Assembly: GCA_017404785.1 (NCBI GenBank)
Contig: JAFRBQ010000008.1
Coordinates: 104,212-168,211, forward strand
DNA: 64,000 nt
Direction of reading: 5' to 3'
Origin: Erysipelotrichaceae bacterium
GTDB taxonomy: Bacteria > Bacillota_I > Bacilli_A > Erysipelotrichales > Erysipelotrichaceae
The translations under genes were made by a program, and so were the position numbers. Under the pieces are notes generated by a model. It ran no database searches, was not told the DNA's origin, and worked only from the letters and a program-made list of their open reading frames with translations. Below, piece after piece: positions 1 to 10,900 of this stretch (positions within the stretch are counted from its first letter, which is position 1; every line of letters begins with the position of its first letter).

Positions 1-137
1 ATAAGCATCAGAGCTGCACCACCAACAATTACGATATTGAATACTTCATCAGGATACTTTAGTTCTATTTCTTTTGCACAGTTTTCGAGTTTATTGATGA
101 GCATTTTATTATCGAATAAGACTTCATTAACGTTCAT
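1..137 (-). CDS. hypothetical protein, N-terminal fragment (gene runs off the window start)
   Basis: A reverse-strand ATG at 137 opens a frame reading MNVNEVLFDNKMLINKLENCAKEIELKYPDEVFNIVIVGGAALML. The frame continues past position 1. No family recognised. Confidence 0.4.
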   Translation of the reverse strand, partial: MNVNEVLFDNKMLINKLENCAKEIELKYPDEVFNIVIVGGAALML

Positions 138-231
138 AAAATTATTATAAAATAATAATATTAATATAACAATAGTTTATAAATAGTAATCCGTAAATAT
201 AAAATTATAGATTAATTTAAAGAATATTAGG

Positions 232-259
232 TTGCCAAAAAAGAATAGGCAGTTACAAT
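232..259 (+). promoter_or_regulatory. sigma-A-like promoter for the aminotransferase gene
   Basis: TTGCCA (232-237), 16-nt spacer, TACAAT (254-259). The ORF-track TTG start at 232 is this -35 box. Confidence 0.45.
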
Positions 260-285
260 GTATAATTTATACTGAGGTAAGAAAA

Positions 286-1452
286 ATGAAATTCCTGAAG
301 ACAAACGAAAACACTGACAGATATATAGACAATGTCTTTTCTGTTGTAAATGCTGCCAAGGCTGATCCTGAAGCGATCAATGCAACAGCTGGCTGTCTGT
401 ATGATGAACAGGGAAAACTGTTCACATTCAACTGTGTATATGAAGCAGAAAAGAATATCACTCCTGCACAGAAGGCTGCATATGCGACTTCACCTTCAGG
501 CAACAGGCCGTATCTTGATGCCATCATGAAATTCACTCTTGAAGATCGTGTGTACAACCATCGTGACATCATTGCTTCTGCAGGTGGTACCGGTGCAATT
601 TTCCTGGCTGTGAAGACCTGTCTTAATGACGGCGATACGATCATCTATCCTTCGATCGCCTGGGGAAACTATAAAAACATCGCAAGCGAAAACAACCTCA
701 ATGTTCTGACTTATGATCCTTATGATCTTGATGAGATGTTTGCAAGGATCGATGAAGTAAAAGGGAAGGTCTTCCTGATCGTCAATTCACCATGTCAGAA
801 TCCATTGGGATTATCATACAGTTTTGAAGAATGGGAAAGGATCATGAACAAGATCAACTCTCTTGATAAGGAAGTCATCCTGCTTTGTGATATTGCCTAT
901 ATCGATTACGCCAATGATGATCCCAAGAAGTATTTCAAACTGTTCAATTATATCAAGGACAATGTCCTGGTGATGCTGGCAGTATCATGTTCAAAGGCTT
1001 TCTCTTATTATGGCCAAAGACTTGGTGCTCTTATCATCATCAACAATGATCCGGAATTCATTGATCTGTATACCAATCTGGCATCAAGACTTGCCAGAAC
1101 GACCTGGTCAAATCTGAATAATGCAGGTATGATAAATATCACTTCCGTTCTGAATGAACATTATGATGATTATAAGAAGGAACTGTCTGAGGCAAAGAAG
1201 ATGCTGAAGGATAGAGTTGAATTATTTGTTAGACAAGCAAAGGATTGTGGGTTAGAATTATATAAGTTCTCCGATGGTTTCTTTGTGACATTGAAGATGG
1301 ATTCAAATGAACAAAGAGATACATACCATCGAAGACTCATTGATAACCATATCTATACGATCAAGGTTAACAAGGGAATCAGACTGGGACTTTGTTCAAC
1401 ACCGTTGAAGATCGTTGACGGTCTGGCAGAAAAGATGAAAGGATTAGAATAG
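286..1452 (+). CDS. class I/II PLP-dependent aminotransferase (aspartate/aromatic type)
   Basis: ATG at 286 follows GAGG. The translation has an aminotransferase fold-type I pattern (SPCQNPLG, SCSKAFSYYGQRLG with the PLP lysine context). Confidence 0.8.
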   Translation: MKFLKTNENTDRYIDNVFSVVNAAKADPEAINATAGCLYDEQGKLFTFNCVYEAEKNITPAQKAAYATSPSGNRPYLDAIMKFTLEDRVYNHRDIIASAGGTGAIFLAVKTCLNDGDTIIYPSIAWGNYKNIASENNLNVLTYDPYDLDEMFARIDEVKGKVFLIVNSPCQNPLGLSYSFEEWERIMNKINSLDKEVILLCDIAYIDYANDDPKKYFKLFNYIKDNVLVMLAVSCSKAFSYYGQRLGALIIINNDPEFIDLYTNLASRLARTTWSNLNNAGMINITSVLNEHYDDYKKELSEAKKMLKDRVELFVRQAKDCGLELYKFSDGFFVTLKMDSNEQRDTYHRRLIDNHIYTIKVNKGIRLGLCSTPLKIVDGLAEKMKGLE

Positions 1453-1910
1453 TGGAAGAGAAAAAAGATATTTGGGATAAAATAATGGAACTTCCGATCC
1501 TGAGGATATTCCAGCCGATATACAAGAAATACAAGAGTATTCTGTTATATCTGTTTTTAGGCGGATGTGCGACGATCGTCGGCTTTGTCGCAAGGACACT
1601 GTTCATCAAGGTTCTGAACATGAACAGCTACCTCGGTGTTGCCCTGGCGTGGATCATCGGTACAACGTTTGCGTTTTTTACCAACAGGACCTGGATCTTC
1701 GAACACAATGATGAACAGATCCTGAACGAATACATCAAGTTCTGTGGTGGAAGGATCACGACCTTCTTCATGGATGAAGCGATCAACGGTATCTTCTATG
1801 AAGGATTGGGCTGGAACTACTATGTTGTGTTCCTGATCTCTTCAGCTGTTACAGCGATCGCGAACTATCTGATCTCCAAGTTCTTCGTATTCAAACAGAA
1901 TGACAAATAA
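1452..1910 (+). CDS. GtrA-family membrane protein
   Basis: Small polytopic protein with a GtrA-like signature (GGCATIVGF...FFTNRTWIF...ISKFFVF). The GTG start overlaps the upstream stop by 1 nt. An alternative ATG lies at 1485. Confidence 0.7.
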   Translation: MEEKKDIWDKIMELPILRIFQPIYKKYKSILLYLFLGGCATIVGFVARTLFIKVLNMNSYLGVALAWIIGTTFAFFTNRTWIFEHNDEQILNEYIKFCGGRITTFFMDEAINGIFYEGLGWNYYVVFLISSAVTAIANYLISKFFVFKQNDK

Positions 1911-1937
1911 TGATCCGTATTGGATCATTATTTTTTT
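1909..1937 (+). terminator. intrinsic terminator
   Basis: AATGATCC / GGATCATT stem followed by a T7 run. Confidence 0.6.
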
Positions 1938-2006
1938 GGCATTAAGTGGCATTTTAAATTAATAATGATAGAATAATTAACTATAGAAGACTTGTGGAGG
2001 TATAAG

Positions 2007-2489
2007 ATGAGAGAATTACTGAAACTTCTTGAAAACAATGCACGTTTTGAGACCAGGGATCTTGCAGCATTGCTTAATGAGGAAGAAGGAAACGTCGAAG
2101 CCAAGATAAAGGAATACGAAGATAATCACATCATCGCTGGTTATCATACGATCATCAACTGGGAAGCAGCGGATATTGAGATCTCCAAAGCGATCATCTT
2201 TGTCAGTTGTGTGCCAGAAAGAGAAACGGGGTATGATCGCATTGCGGAAAGGATCGCCAAGTATCCGGAAGTTGAGACGCTCTATCTGATCTCCGGCAAG
2301 TCGGAATTCCTGCTCCAGGTCAACGGTAAGGACATGCGTGAAGTCTCAAACTTCGTCGCCCACAAGCTGGCACCGACAGATGGTGTTACCGGGACAGAGA
2401 CGATCTTTGTTTTGAAGGAATACAAACTCAATGGCATCAATCTGCAGGGTTATAAAGAAGACGGTGAAAGGTTACTGGTGACTCCATGA
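2007..2489 (+). CDS. Lrp/AsnC-family transcriptional regulator
   Basis: ATG at 2007 follows GGAGG. N-terminal HTH (LLKLLENNARFETRDLAALL) plus a C-terminal RAM/AsnC_trans_reg-like domain. Confidence 0.8.
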   Translation: MRELLKLLENNARFETRDLAALLNEEEGNVEAKIKEYEDNHIIAGYHTIINWEAADIEISKAIIFVSCVPERETGYDRIAERIAKYPEVETLYLISGKSEFLLQVNGKDMREVSNFVAHKLAPTDGVTGTETIFVLKEYKLNGINLQGYKEDGERLLVTP

Positions 2490-3646
2490 TCTTTGATGAA
2501 GAGATAAATCAGATAATACGCAATCTCAAACCAAGCGGCATCAGAAAGTTCTTTGATATCGCCGCCACCAGAAAAGGTGTCGTATCTCTGGGTGTTGGTG
2601 AACCGGATTTCATCACTCCCTGGCATATCAGAGAAGCTGCGATCAATGCGATCGACCGCGGCCGCACTTTCTATACCGGAAACAAGGGCTTGCTGGAATT
2701 AAGAAGCGGGATCTGCGATTACTATCGCCGGCGTTTTGATGTATCCTACAACCCTGAAGACAATGTCATCGTTACCGTTGGCGGTTCCGAAGCCATCGAT
2801 ATCGTTTTAAGAACTCTCATCAAACCTGGTGATGAAGTTATACTTCCAACTCCGGCCTATGTTGCCTATGCGGCGATCATTGAAATGGCCGGTGCCAAAG
2901 TAGTGGAAGTTGAACTTACCGAGAAGGACGAATTCAAACTGACAGCTGAAGCTTTGAAGAAAGCTATCACACCTAAGACCAAAGCCCTCATCCTGAACTT
3001 CCCGGGCAACCCGACCGGTGGCATCATGGGTTATGAAGATTATAAAAAGATCGTTCCTCTGATTAAGGACAGCGGTATCTTTGCGATCACGGATGAGATC
3101 TATGCGGAACTCACCTATGAAGGACAGCATTGTTCGATCGCCTGCTTCGATGAGATCAGGGATAAGGTCGTCGTCATCAACGGTTTCTCCAAAGCCTATT
3201 CCATGACTGGTTACCGTATCGGTTATATCCTGGCCCACAAGGAATTGGTGAATATGATAAACAAGATCCACCAGTATACGATCATGTGTGCACCGACTTC
3301 GAGTCAGTACGCAGCGATCGAAGCAGTGAACAATGGTGACCGTGATATTGAAGAGATGTATGTCAGCTTCAAACAGCGTCGAAACTATATAGTAAACGAA
3401 CTTAACCGGATCGGACTCAAGACACATATGCCTAAGGGAGCCTTCTATGTCTTCCCTTCGATCAAGTGCACCGGTTTAAGCTCCGAGAAATTCTGTGAAC
3501 AGCTTCTTGATGAACAGAATCTGGCCCTGGTACCAGGCAACGCCTTTGGTGATGCGGGTGAAGGCTATGTGCGTATCTCTTATGCCTATTCAATGGAAGA
3601 GATCAAGGAAGCGATCGCCAGACTAGAAAAATTTCTTAATAAATAA
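2486..3646 (+). CDS. class I/II PLP-dependent aminotransferase
   Basis: ATGA overlap with the AsnC gene. Motifs LNFPGNPTG and NGFSKAYSMTGYRIGY are typical of AspC-like aminotransferases. Confidence 0.85.
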   Translation: MIFDEEINQIIRNLKPSGIRKFFDIAATRKGVVSLGVGEPDFITPWHIREAAINAIDRGRTFYTGNKGLLELRSGICDYYRRRFDVSYNPEDNVIVTVGGSEAIDIVLRTLIKPGDEVILPTPAYVAYAAIIEMAGAKVVEVELTEKDEFKLTAEALKKAITPKTKALILNFPGNPTGGIMGYEDYKKIVPLIKDSGIFAITDEIYAELTYEGQHCSIACFDEIRDKVVVINGFSKAYSMTGYRIGYILAHKELVNMINKIHQYTIMCAPTSSQYAAIEAVNNGDRDIEEMYVSFKQRRNYIVNELNRIGLKTHMPKGAFYVFPSIKCTGLSSEKFCEQLLDEQNLALVPGNAFGDAGEGYVRISYAYSMEEIKEAIARLEKFLNK

Positions 3647-3652
3647 ATACTG

Positions 3653-3676
3653 AGGTCTTTTCATGAAGACCTTTTT
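3653..3676 (+). terminator. intrinsic terminator
   Basis: AGGTCTT / AAGACCT stem followed by TTTT. Confidence 0.6.
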
Positions 3677-3700
3677 AAAAAAGAAAGGTATGTAAAGAAT

Positions 3701-4705
3701 ATGATCAGACAGATCGGAGTATTGGGTGCCGGTACCTTCGGTATCTCACTGGCCAGGATGCTGGCAAATGAAAACTATGATGTCACCGTCTTTTCGCCGA
3801 CAGGTAATAATATAAAACAACTCGATGAGGAAAGGGTACATAAGAATCTTCCCGGTGTACATATTCCTGAAAGTATCGTCTTTACAAGCGACATTGAAAA
3901 AGCCTGCAAAGATAAACAGCTGATCCTTTTTGCGGTACCAAGTATATACGTCAGAGAAATCGCCAGAAAAGCCAGGAATCATATAAGTGAAGATGCAATC
4001 ATTGTCGATGTGGCCAAAGGTATAGAAGCAGATACGCTTCTTACTATGTCGCAGGTCATAAAGGACGAACTTAAAAATGACAAGATAAAAGTCGTTGCCT
4101 TATCGGGACCGACACATGCTGAAGAAGTAGCCAGAGACATGCCTTCCACGATCGTCTCAGCCTGCGAGGATGAAAAAACCGCCAGGATCGTGCAGGATGT
4201 CTTCATGAATACCTGCATGAGAGTCTACACCAACAAGGATGTATTGGGTGTTGAACTGTGCGGTGCCATGAAAAATATCATCGCTCTGGCAGCCGGTATC
4301 TCAGCAGGACTGGGCTATGGCGATAACGCCAAGGCTGCGATCATCACCAGAGGTATGGTCGAGATCACGAGACTTGGACTCAAGATGGGAGCCGACAAGG
4401 ATACCTTCCCGGGTCTGGCTGGAATAGGGGATCTGATCGTTACTGCCACCTCCCTTCATTCAAGAAACAACAGATGCGGCATCCTGATCGGCCAGGGTCT
4501 AAAGACCAGCGATGCGATAAAGGAAGTAGGCATGGTGGTCGAAGGAATCAATGCCCTGCCTGCAGCGATGAAACTGATGAGAGAATATCAGGTCGAAATG
4601 CCGATCGCCTCCATGGTCAATGCGATCGTCAATGAAAAAATCGATCCGAAAAGTGCCGTGGCCGCATTGATGATGCGGGACAAGAAAAACGAAAATAATT
4701 ATTAG
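3701..4705 (+). CDS. gpsA: NAD(P)H-dependent glycerol-3-phosphate dehydrogenase
   Basis: N-terminal GAGTFG Rossmann motif. GpsA-type body (LSGPTHAEEV, KNIIALAAG, GDLIVT). Confidence 0.9.
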   Translation: MIRQIGVLGAGTFGISLARMLANENYDVTVFSPTGNNIKQLDEERVHKNLPGVHIPESIVFTSDIEKACKDKQLILFAVPSIYVREIARKARNHISEDAIIVDVAKGIEADTLLTMSQVIKDELKNDKIKVVALSGPTHAEEVARDMPSTIVSACEDEKTARIVQDVFMNTCMRVYTNKDVLGVELCGAMKNIIALAAGISAGLGYGDNAKAAIITRGMVEITRLGLKMGADKDTFPGLAGIGDLIVTATSLHSRNNRCGILIGQGLKTSDAIKEVGMVVEGINALPAAMKLMREYQVEMPIASMVNAIVNEKIDPKSAVAALMMRDKKNENNY

Positions 4706-4707
4706 CA

Positions 4708-4736
4708 AAGCTGTCTGATGACAGCTTTTGTGTTTT
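4708..4736 (+). terminator. intrinsic terminator
   Basis: AAGCTGTC / GACAGCTT stem followed by TTGTGTTTT. Confidence 0.6.
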
Positions 4737-4985
4737 ATATTGTAACTTTTTTCAATAAATACATTCCTTGCAGGAATTATGTCTTTCCTTATTGACTCTA
4801 TTTTCGTCAGAAAATCGATTGACATTTCAATTTTTATGTTCGTATGAATATAGAGCCTCTTAAGGTTTCGGAAACTTATACTAACATTATTGAAAAACAA
4901 GAATATTTATTTACAAATCAACATATTATATAATAAATAATAATCAACTTTTGATGATGTATTTTCATGATGGGGAGAAACTTTT

Positions 4986-7900
4986 ATGGAAAATAACTCA
5001 AAACACAATCAAAAAATCATTCTGGGGGCAGCCCTGCTGCTGCTTCTGCTGCTGATAGGATCATGCGGCATACTTCATGGATTTGATTTCTTCAAGAAAG
5101 ACAATTCCATGACCGTAACGGAAGAGCAGAACAATCTGCCTTCTCCACTGGTATATTCTTCAGTTGAACAGACTGACTCTTTTGTTGGTGCACAAGATGG
5201 CGAAGGTGAGATAACCTACACACTGATCAGAGCACTTGATGAAAAAGGTATTTACGTTGACTATTTCTCCCTGTTGAATGATAAATCTACTGAAATCGTT
5301 GTCGCTCCTTATACACCAGCCGGCAGATATGAACTGCTCATCAGAGCAACAGCAGCCGGTGATGGTGATCATAAATCTTCGAGCAAGGAATTCATTGTCT
5401 ATATCACTGTCAATAAAGCTAACAGTGTTTATGATGTTATGCCTACACCGATCGAAGGTCTTATCTATAACGGAAACAATATGGATCTGATCAATCCTGG
5501 TTCATGTTCAACCGGAACGATCTATTACAAAGTTGATGACGGCGAATGGTCTACTTCTATTCCTCAGGCCAAGGAAGCCGGTACCTATACCGTTTATTAC
5601 AAGGTAGTTGGTGACAGGAACCACGCAGATATTCCTGAACAGTCTTTTACTGTGACTATCGATCAGGCAACGGTCGGTAGCAAACCGCAGAGCCAGACTG
5701 TCGTCTATGATGGCAACAGACATTCGATCAACTACACGACACCTGCTCATGTAAGCAAGAGCGGTGATGCTTCAGGCATCAATGCCGGTGAATACAAGGC
5801 AACTTATACACCGGAAGGAAATTATGTCTGGAATGATGGAACCAATAATCCGGTAACTGTAACCTTGACGATCAGCAGGGCTGTTGTCAATAAGCCGACG
5901 AATACAGATGTCGTCAAACCTTATACCGGTTCAGCTCAGAACAACGGCTACAGCAAACCTGATGGCGTTACCATGAGCGGAAACGATTCAGGAACTAAAG
6001 CAGGCAAATATACTGCTACATACACTCCTGATTCCAACCACATCTGGAATGATGGAACTACCGATTCCGTAACTGTAACGCTTACGATAAACAACGCTTC
6101 AGTAAATAAACCGACTGAAACCAGTGTCGTCAAGGTTTATAATGGCGAAGTTCAGGACAATGGTTACAAGACACCTGAAGGTGTCAAGATGACCGGCAGC
6201 AATTCCGGTATCAACGCTGGTGAATATGAGGCAACCTATACACTTTTGGATAACTATGTCTGGAGTGATGGTACAACTGATCAAGTCACAGTTGTTTTGA
6301 CAATCAATAAGGCACCAGTAAACAAGCCAAGAAGAACCAGTGTCGTCAAGACATATAATGGCAGATCACGCAGCAACAACTACAGTAAACCTGATGGCGT
6401 TACGATGACCGGTAAAGATTCGGGTGTCAACGCTGGTGAATACAAGGCAACTTATACACTTAAGGATAACTATATCTGGAGTGATGGTTCGACTGATCAG
6501 ATTACTGTAACTTTAACAATCAAGAGAGCTAAGCTGGAAGTTCCAACAATCGCAGGAATCGACAGGACTTTAGGTATTGATTCTGTTGAATATGACGGTG
6601 ATAAACATAAGGCTATTATTAGCAACTATAATAAACGTTTGATTTCAGCTAGTAATACGCGTTCCAGAAGAAATGTCGGCGAATATACGATCACATTGTC
6701 TTTAAATAACTCCAACTACGAATGGGCAGACGGCACAGTAGAAAACAAGGAAATCAAATGGTCGATCACGGCCAAGAAACTGGCAGTTCCGACTGTCACA
6801 AAGACTTTCACATATAAGCCGAATACAAGACAGGGCGTAACTGAAAGAGATCTGAAACCATACAACAAGACTCTGATGTATATCGTTTCCAGCGAGAAAC
6901 ATATCAACGCTGGCGAATACACAGTAACTGTTGGATTAAGAAACAAGAGAAATTACTGCTGGATTTTGGAAGATGGCACTACAACAACTGAAAACCAGGA
7001 AATTCCTTGGACAATAAATAAAGCAGAAAATCCGATTGACATTGTTAAGTGGCAGGCTGTTGTCACAGATTACAGTGGCAAAGAACAGACTGTAGCTTTC
7101 ATACTGCCAAGTCACGCTAGAGGAGAAGTAACTTATGAAGTCAAGAGTGCAAAACATACCGGTACTTCAACTACAATCGATAACATCAGTATCAAAGACA
7201 ACAAGCTGTGTCTGGCTCCTGGTACAGATGTAGGTATTTACACGGTTGTTGTAGGCGTACATGCAGCAGGCGATGACAACTATCTGCCATATGATGGTGA
7301 TATGACTGTCACCTTAACTGTTAAGGCACCGAATTACACTATTAAGTTTAATGGCAATGGTTCCGACAGAGGTCTGGTTGTCGATCAGACGATCTATGGA
7401 ATTTTAAAAGGTGATCGTCTCTACTATAACCAGTATGTAAGAGATGCTTATGAATTCACTAGCTGGAATACGGAAATCGATGGAAGCGGTGAAAGCTTCG
7501 AAGATGAACAATATGTAACATACCTTGATCTTGCACCTTATGAGCAGGATGGTGTCATTACGCTTTATGCTCAATGGGCTCCTAAGACCTTAAAGGTATT
7601 CTATGAACTCAATGGTGGTTCTTTTGCACAGAAAGATATAGATGAAAACAACATTGTTTATGAATACACTGTTGAAGATGAACCATTTGCATTATGCTAT
7701 CCAGTCAAACGCCATTATGACTTTGAAGGCTGGAGTGGAAGCGGCTTAAGCAAGATTACAAAAGATGTAACTGTTGATCCAAGCAAAGCTAAGAGCAACA
7801 GAGTCTTTACTGCGAACTGGACCGGTGCTCCAACTGATTTATTGCTGATAAAGCTTCCGGACAGTTTCTCTGATTTCAATCCTCTTGATATATTGACAAA

Positions 7901-10900
7901 TGTAACGCATAAAAAAGAGGCTGTTATTTACGGAGAGAAGTATGGAGATTCGCTCCCTGCAATCGGAGCAGATGTCGGATATTACGGTGGCTGGTACACA
8001 TTATTAGGCAAAGAAGTGACTAAGGATTCAACGGCTACTACTTATGTTGACAAGCAGTTATATGAAAACGTAAAAGCCTTGATACAGCAATTTGTACCTG
8101 AAGAATATAGAAGCTATATCGACCTTGCTGATCTTGTTCTTAATCTGCTTAGTGTAGATCTGGACAATACAATAATCCTGATCGGACGTGAAATACCTTA
8201 TACCAATATTTCATATAAGGTAAATCACTACGTCGAGACTCTTGATCTTAATGGCTATGATCTGCTGAAGAGCGAAACGAGATTTGGCAGCACGGATGCA
8301 AAGATCGTTGGCGAAGACATCGCTCTTAACATCACCGGTTTCTCACTGGTAGAACAGGATGGCGATGACAAGATCAATGCTGACGGAAGCAGTTCTGTTG
8401 CTCTCTACTATGATAGAGACAAGTACTTAATAGAATTTGATTCCAGAGGCGGAAGCGATATTGAACCGCAGGAAGTTCCGTATGACGGACTTGTAACAAG
8501 ACCTACAGAAATTCCAAAATATGGAGAAAATGTATTCAGTGGCTGGTATTACAACGGCAAACTGTTTGATTTCGAAAATACGAGAATCAGAGGCAAGATC
8601 ACCCTGTATGCTAGATGGAATGTTGAGGGTTCAGTAAATGTCTTTGCTAGACCATTTGATCCTGAAACTGGTGGAGTAAGTGGAACTGGAACTTACGAAC
8701 TTGGTGATGAAGTTATTCTGACAGCTTATGCAAACGAGAACTATCGCTTTGTTGAATGGACAGATGGCAACACCGATAACCCACGCAGATTCACAGTTAC
8801 ACAGGCAGATGTAGTTGCTAAGGAACTTGAATTTGTAGCGAAGTTCGAAAAGATCAGTGCCAGATCATTGGTTAATTATGATCAGGTTACTTATACTGCT
8901 AAACCTGGAGATACTATTGATGTAACCGATGTCTTCAGCAGTATCCTACTGATTGATGAATTCTACTTTAATGGCAGTGAAGAAAATCCATTGACATTTG
9001 ATATTGACAAGTCTATTCTTGTCAGCAGAAATAAGGCATATGTCTTTGTTGACGAAAATGCGAAAGACGGCACATACTCAATTGATGTTACAGTTGAACC
9101 GTTCAGACTTGATCTGATACATAGAAAATCAACAGTGAAGATTAATGTTGAAGTAGAAACTGAGAAATTCGCAGTCAGATTCAATTCAATGGGCGGAACT
9201 TTCGTCAATGCACAATATGTTCCTGTTGGTGAAAAAGCTGTAGAACCTGCAGATCCATATCGTGAAGGCTATGATTTCATTTGCTGGGCTTTGGATGAGG
9301 AAGAGTTCGATTTTGATACACCAATTACTAAAGACATAACCCTTGAAGCTCAATGGGATGTTGAGGGTGAAGAAACATTCGAGATTACCGTAACATCTGC
9401 AAACGAGAGTAAATATGGTACTGTAAGCGGAGGTGGCGACTATCATAAGGGCGATACAGCTATCATAAAGGCTGTTCCGAACCGTGGATACAAGTTCTTA
9501 TACTGGAACAACGAAGAAGATCAGTTAACATCTAGCACAATGCCTATAACAGTCGAAAGTGATGCGGAATATGTTGCGCACTTCGATGTATTCGATGATG
9601 GCTGGTTCAATTATGATAAAAAGTATTATCTTTCTGCCGCAGGCGAAGATATGAATATTTCGGATGTATTCAAGAAATATGATGGCGGATTCGATATTGT
9701 ACCGATTGATCCAGTTGAAGGAAATCCTTTGAATGTCGAGATAAAAGAATGGAAAATATTATGGATAACATATAGGGAAGCTCATCTGACAGTCAATTCG
9801 AATGCTGTTCCTGGACAGACGTATACAATCAAAGTTGTTCCTAAAAATAATAGAGATACGTACATGATAATCGATGTTGAGATAGGCTATTCTGTAACAT
9901 TTGATTTGTCACCTATAATTTACGTTGATTTGTTAAATGAAACAAATATGATTAAACCTGGTTCAAGTGTAGAAAAGCCTGATTTCGAATGGTTACAGAA
10001 AGTATTCGATAGATTTGAGCTTGACTATGATGTAGCTCAGTTTACGTGGTATCTGGACGGTGCATTATACAACTTTGATAATCCTGTAACTTCGAATATT
10101 ACGTTGAAATTAGGATGGAGAGATAAGTATACTGTAACGTTCATGCTTGATGATACTGTTGAATATATACAGGATGAAGTCATTAAGGGTGAAAGAGTTG
10201 CTGAACCAGCGATACCAACGGTAAAAGGAAAGATCTTCCTGTATTGGTCACTCAATGGTGAAGCATATGATTTCTCTCAGCCGATCAATAACGATACTAC
10301 TTTGACAGCTGTATGGAAAGAGGGTATTACCGTAACATTTGATTACAACGATAAGGATAGAGTTACATATCAAACAATTGATTCTGGAGAAAAGGTAACT
10401 GCTCCTAATGATACAGTATCTAATGGCAGAGTATTTGAGGGCTGGTATCTGAATGGTGAAGCATTTGATTTCGATACGCCAATTACGGAAAACATTACAC
10501 TTGTTGCTAAATGGACCGAAAAAGAATATCAGGTATTATATGATACTAACGGCGGTACACCTGTAAGCATCAAGAATAATGTCCATTGGAATGATGCTGA
10601 TCTGACTCCGGATAATGATCCGCGTCCGATCCTTCCGATCTATGTATTCAGTGGATGGTATGTTGATGAGTTATGCACTGTTCCATACAGAGGACAGACT
10701 TATGCAGAACTCGTTAACTACAATGATGATATTGAATATGTAGTTCTGTATGCCGGCTGGTATGATCGTTCAATCGTTCACTACACTGATAAATTCAGCA
10801 GTGTTGCAGGCGAAGAAGCCGAATATGAAATAAAGACTGATGATGATTACTATCTGCTGTTCAGAGAATATGAGATTCTTGATGCAAGCAACGCTAGCAT

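Noticed and set aside
2807-3427. 206-aa reverse-strand ORF. Similar cases are 13550-14107 (+), 28894-29439 (-), 30082-30627 (-), 33946-34425 (+), 25925-26326 (-) and 63238-63819 (-).
   Set aside because: All are shadow ORFs opposite strongly supported genes (aminotransferase, hydrolase, ABC ATPase, pyrG, IUNH, pyk, metG and its T-box). None shows a recognisable motif or translation signal.
4780-4848. 22-codon hydrophobic mini-ORF (MSFLIDSIFVRKSIDISIFMFV) upstream of the giant gene.
   Set aside because: It has no convincing RBS spacing and sits in AT-rich DNA where short ORFs arise by chance. It has no supporting features.
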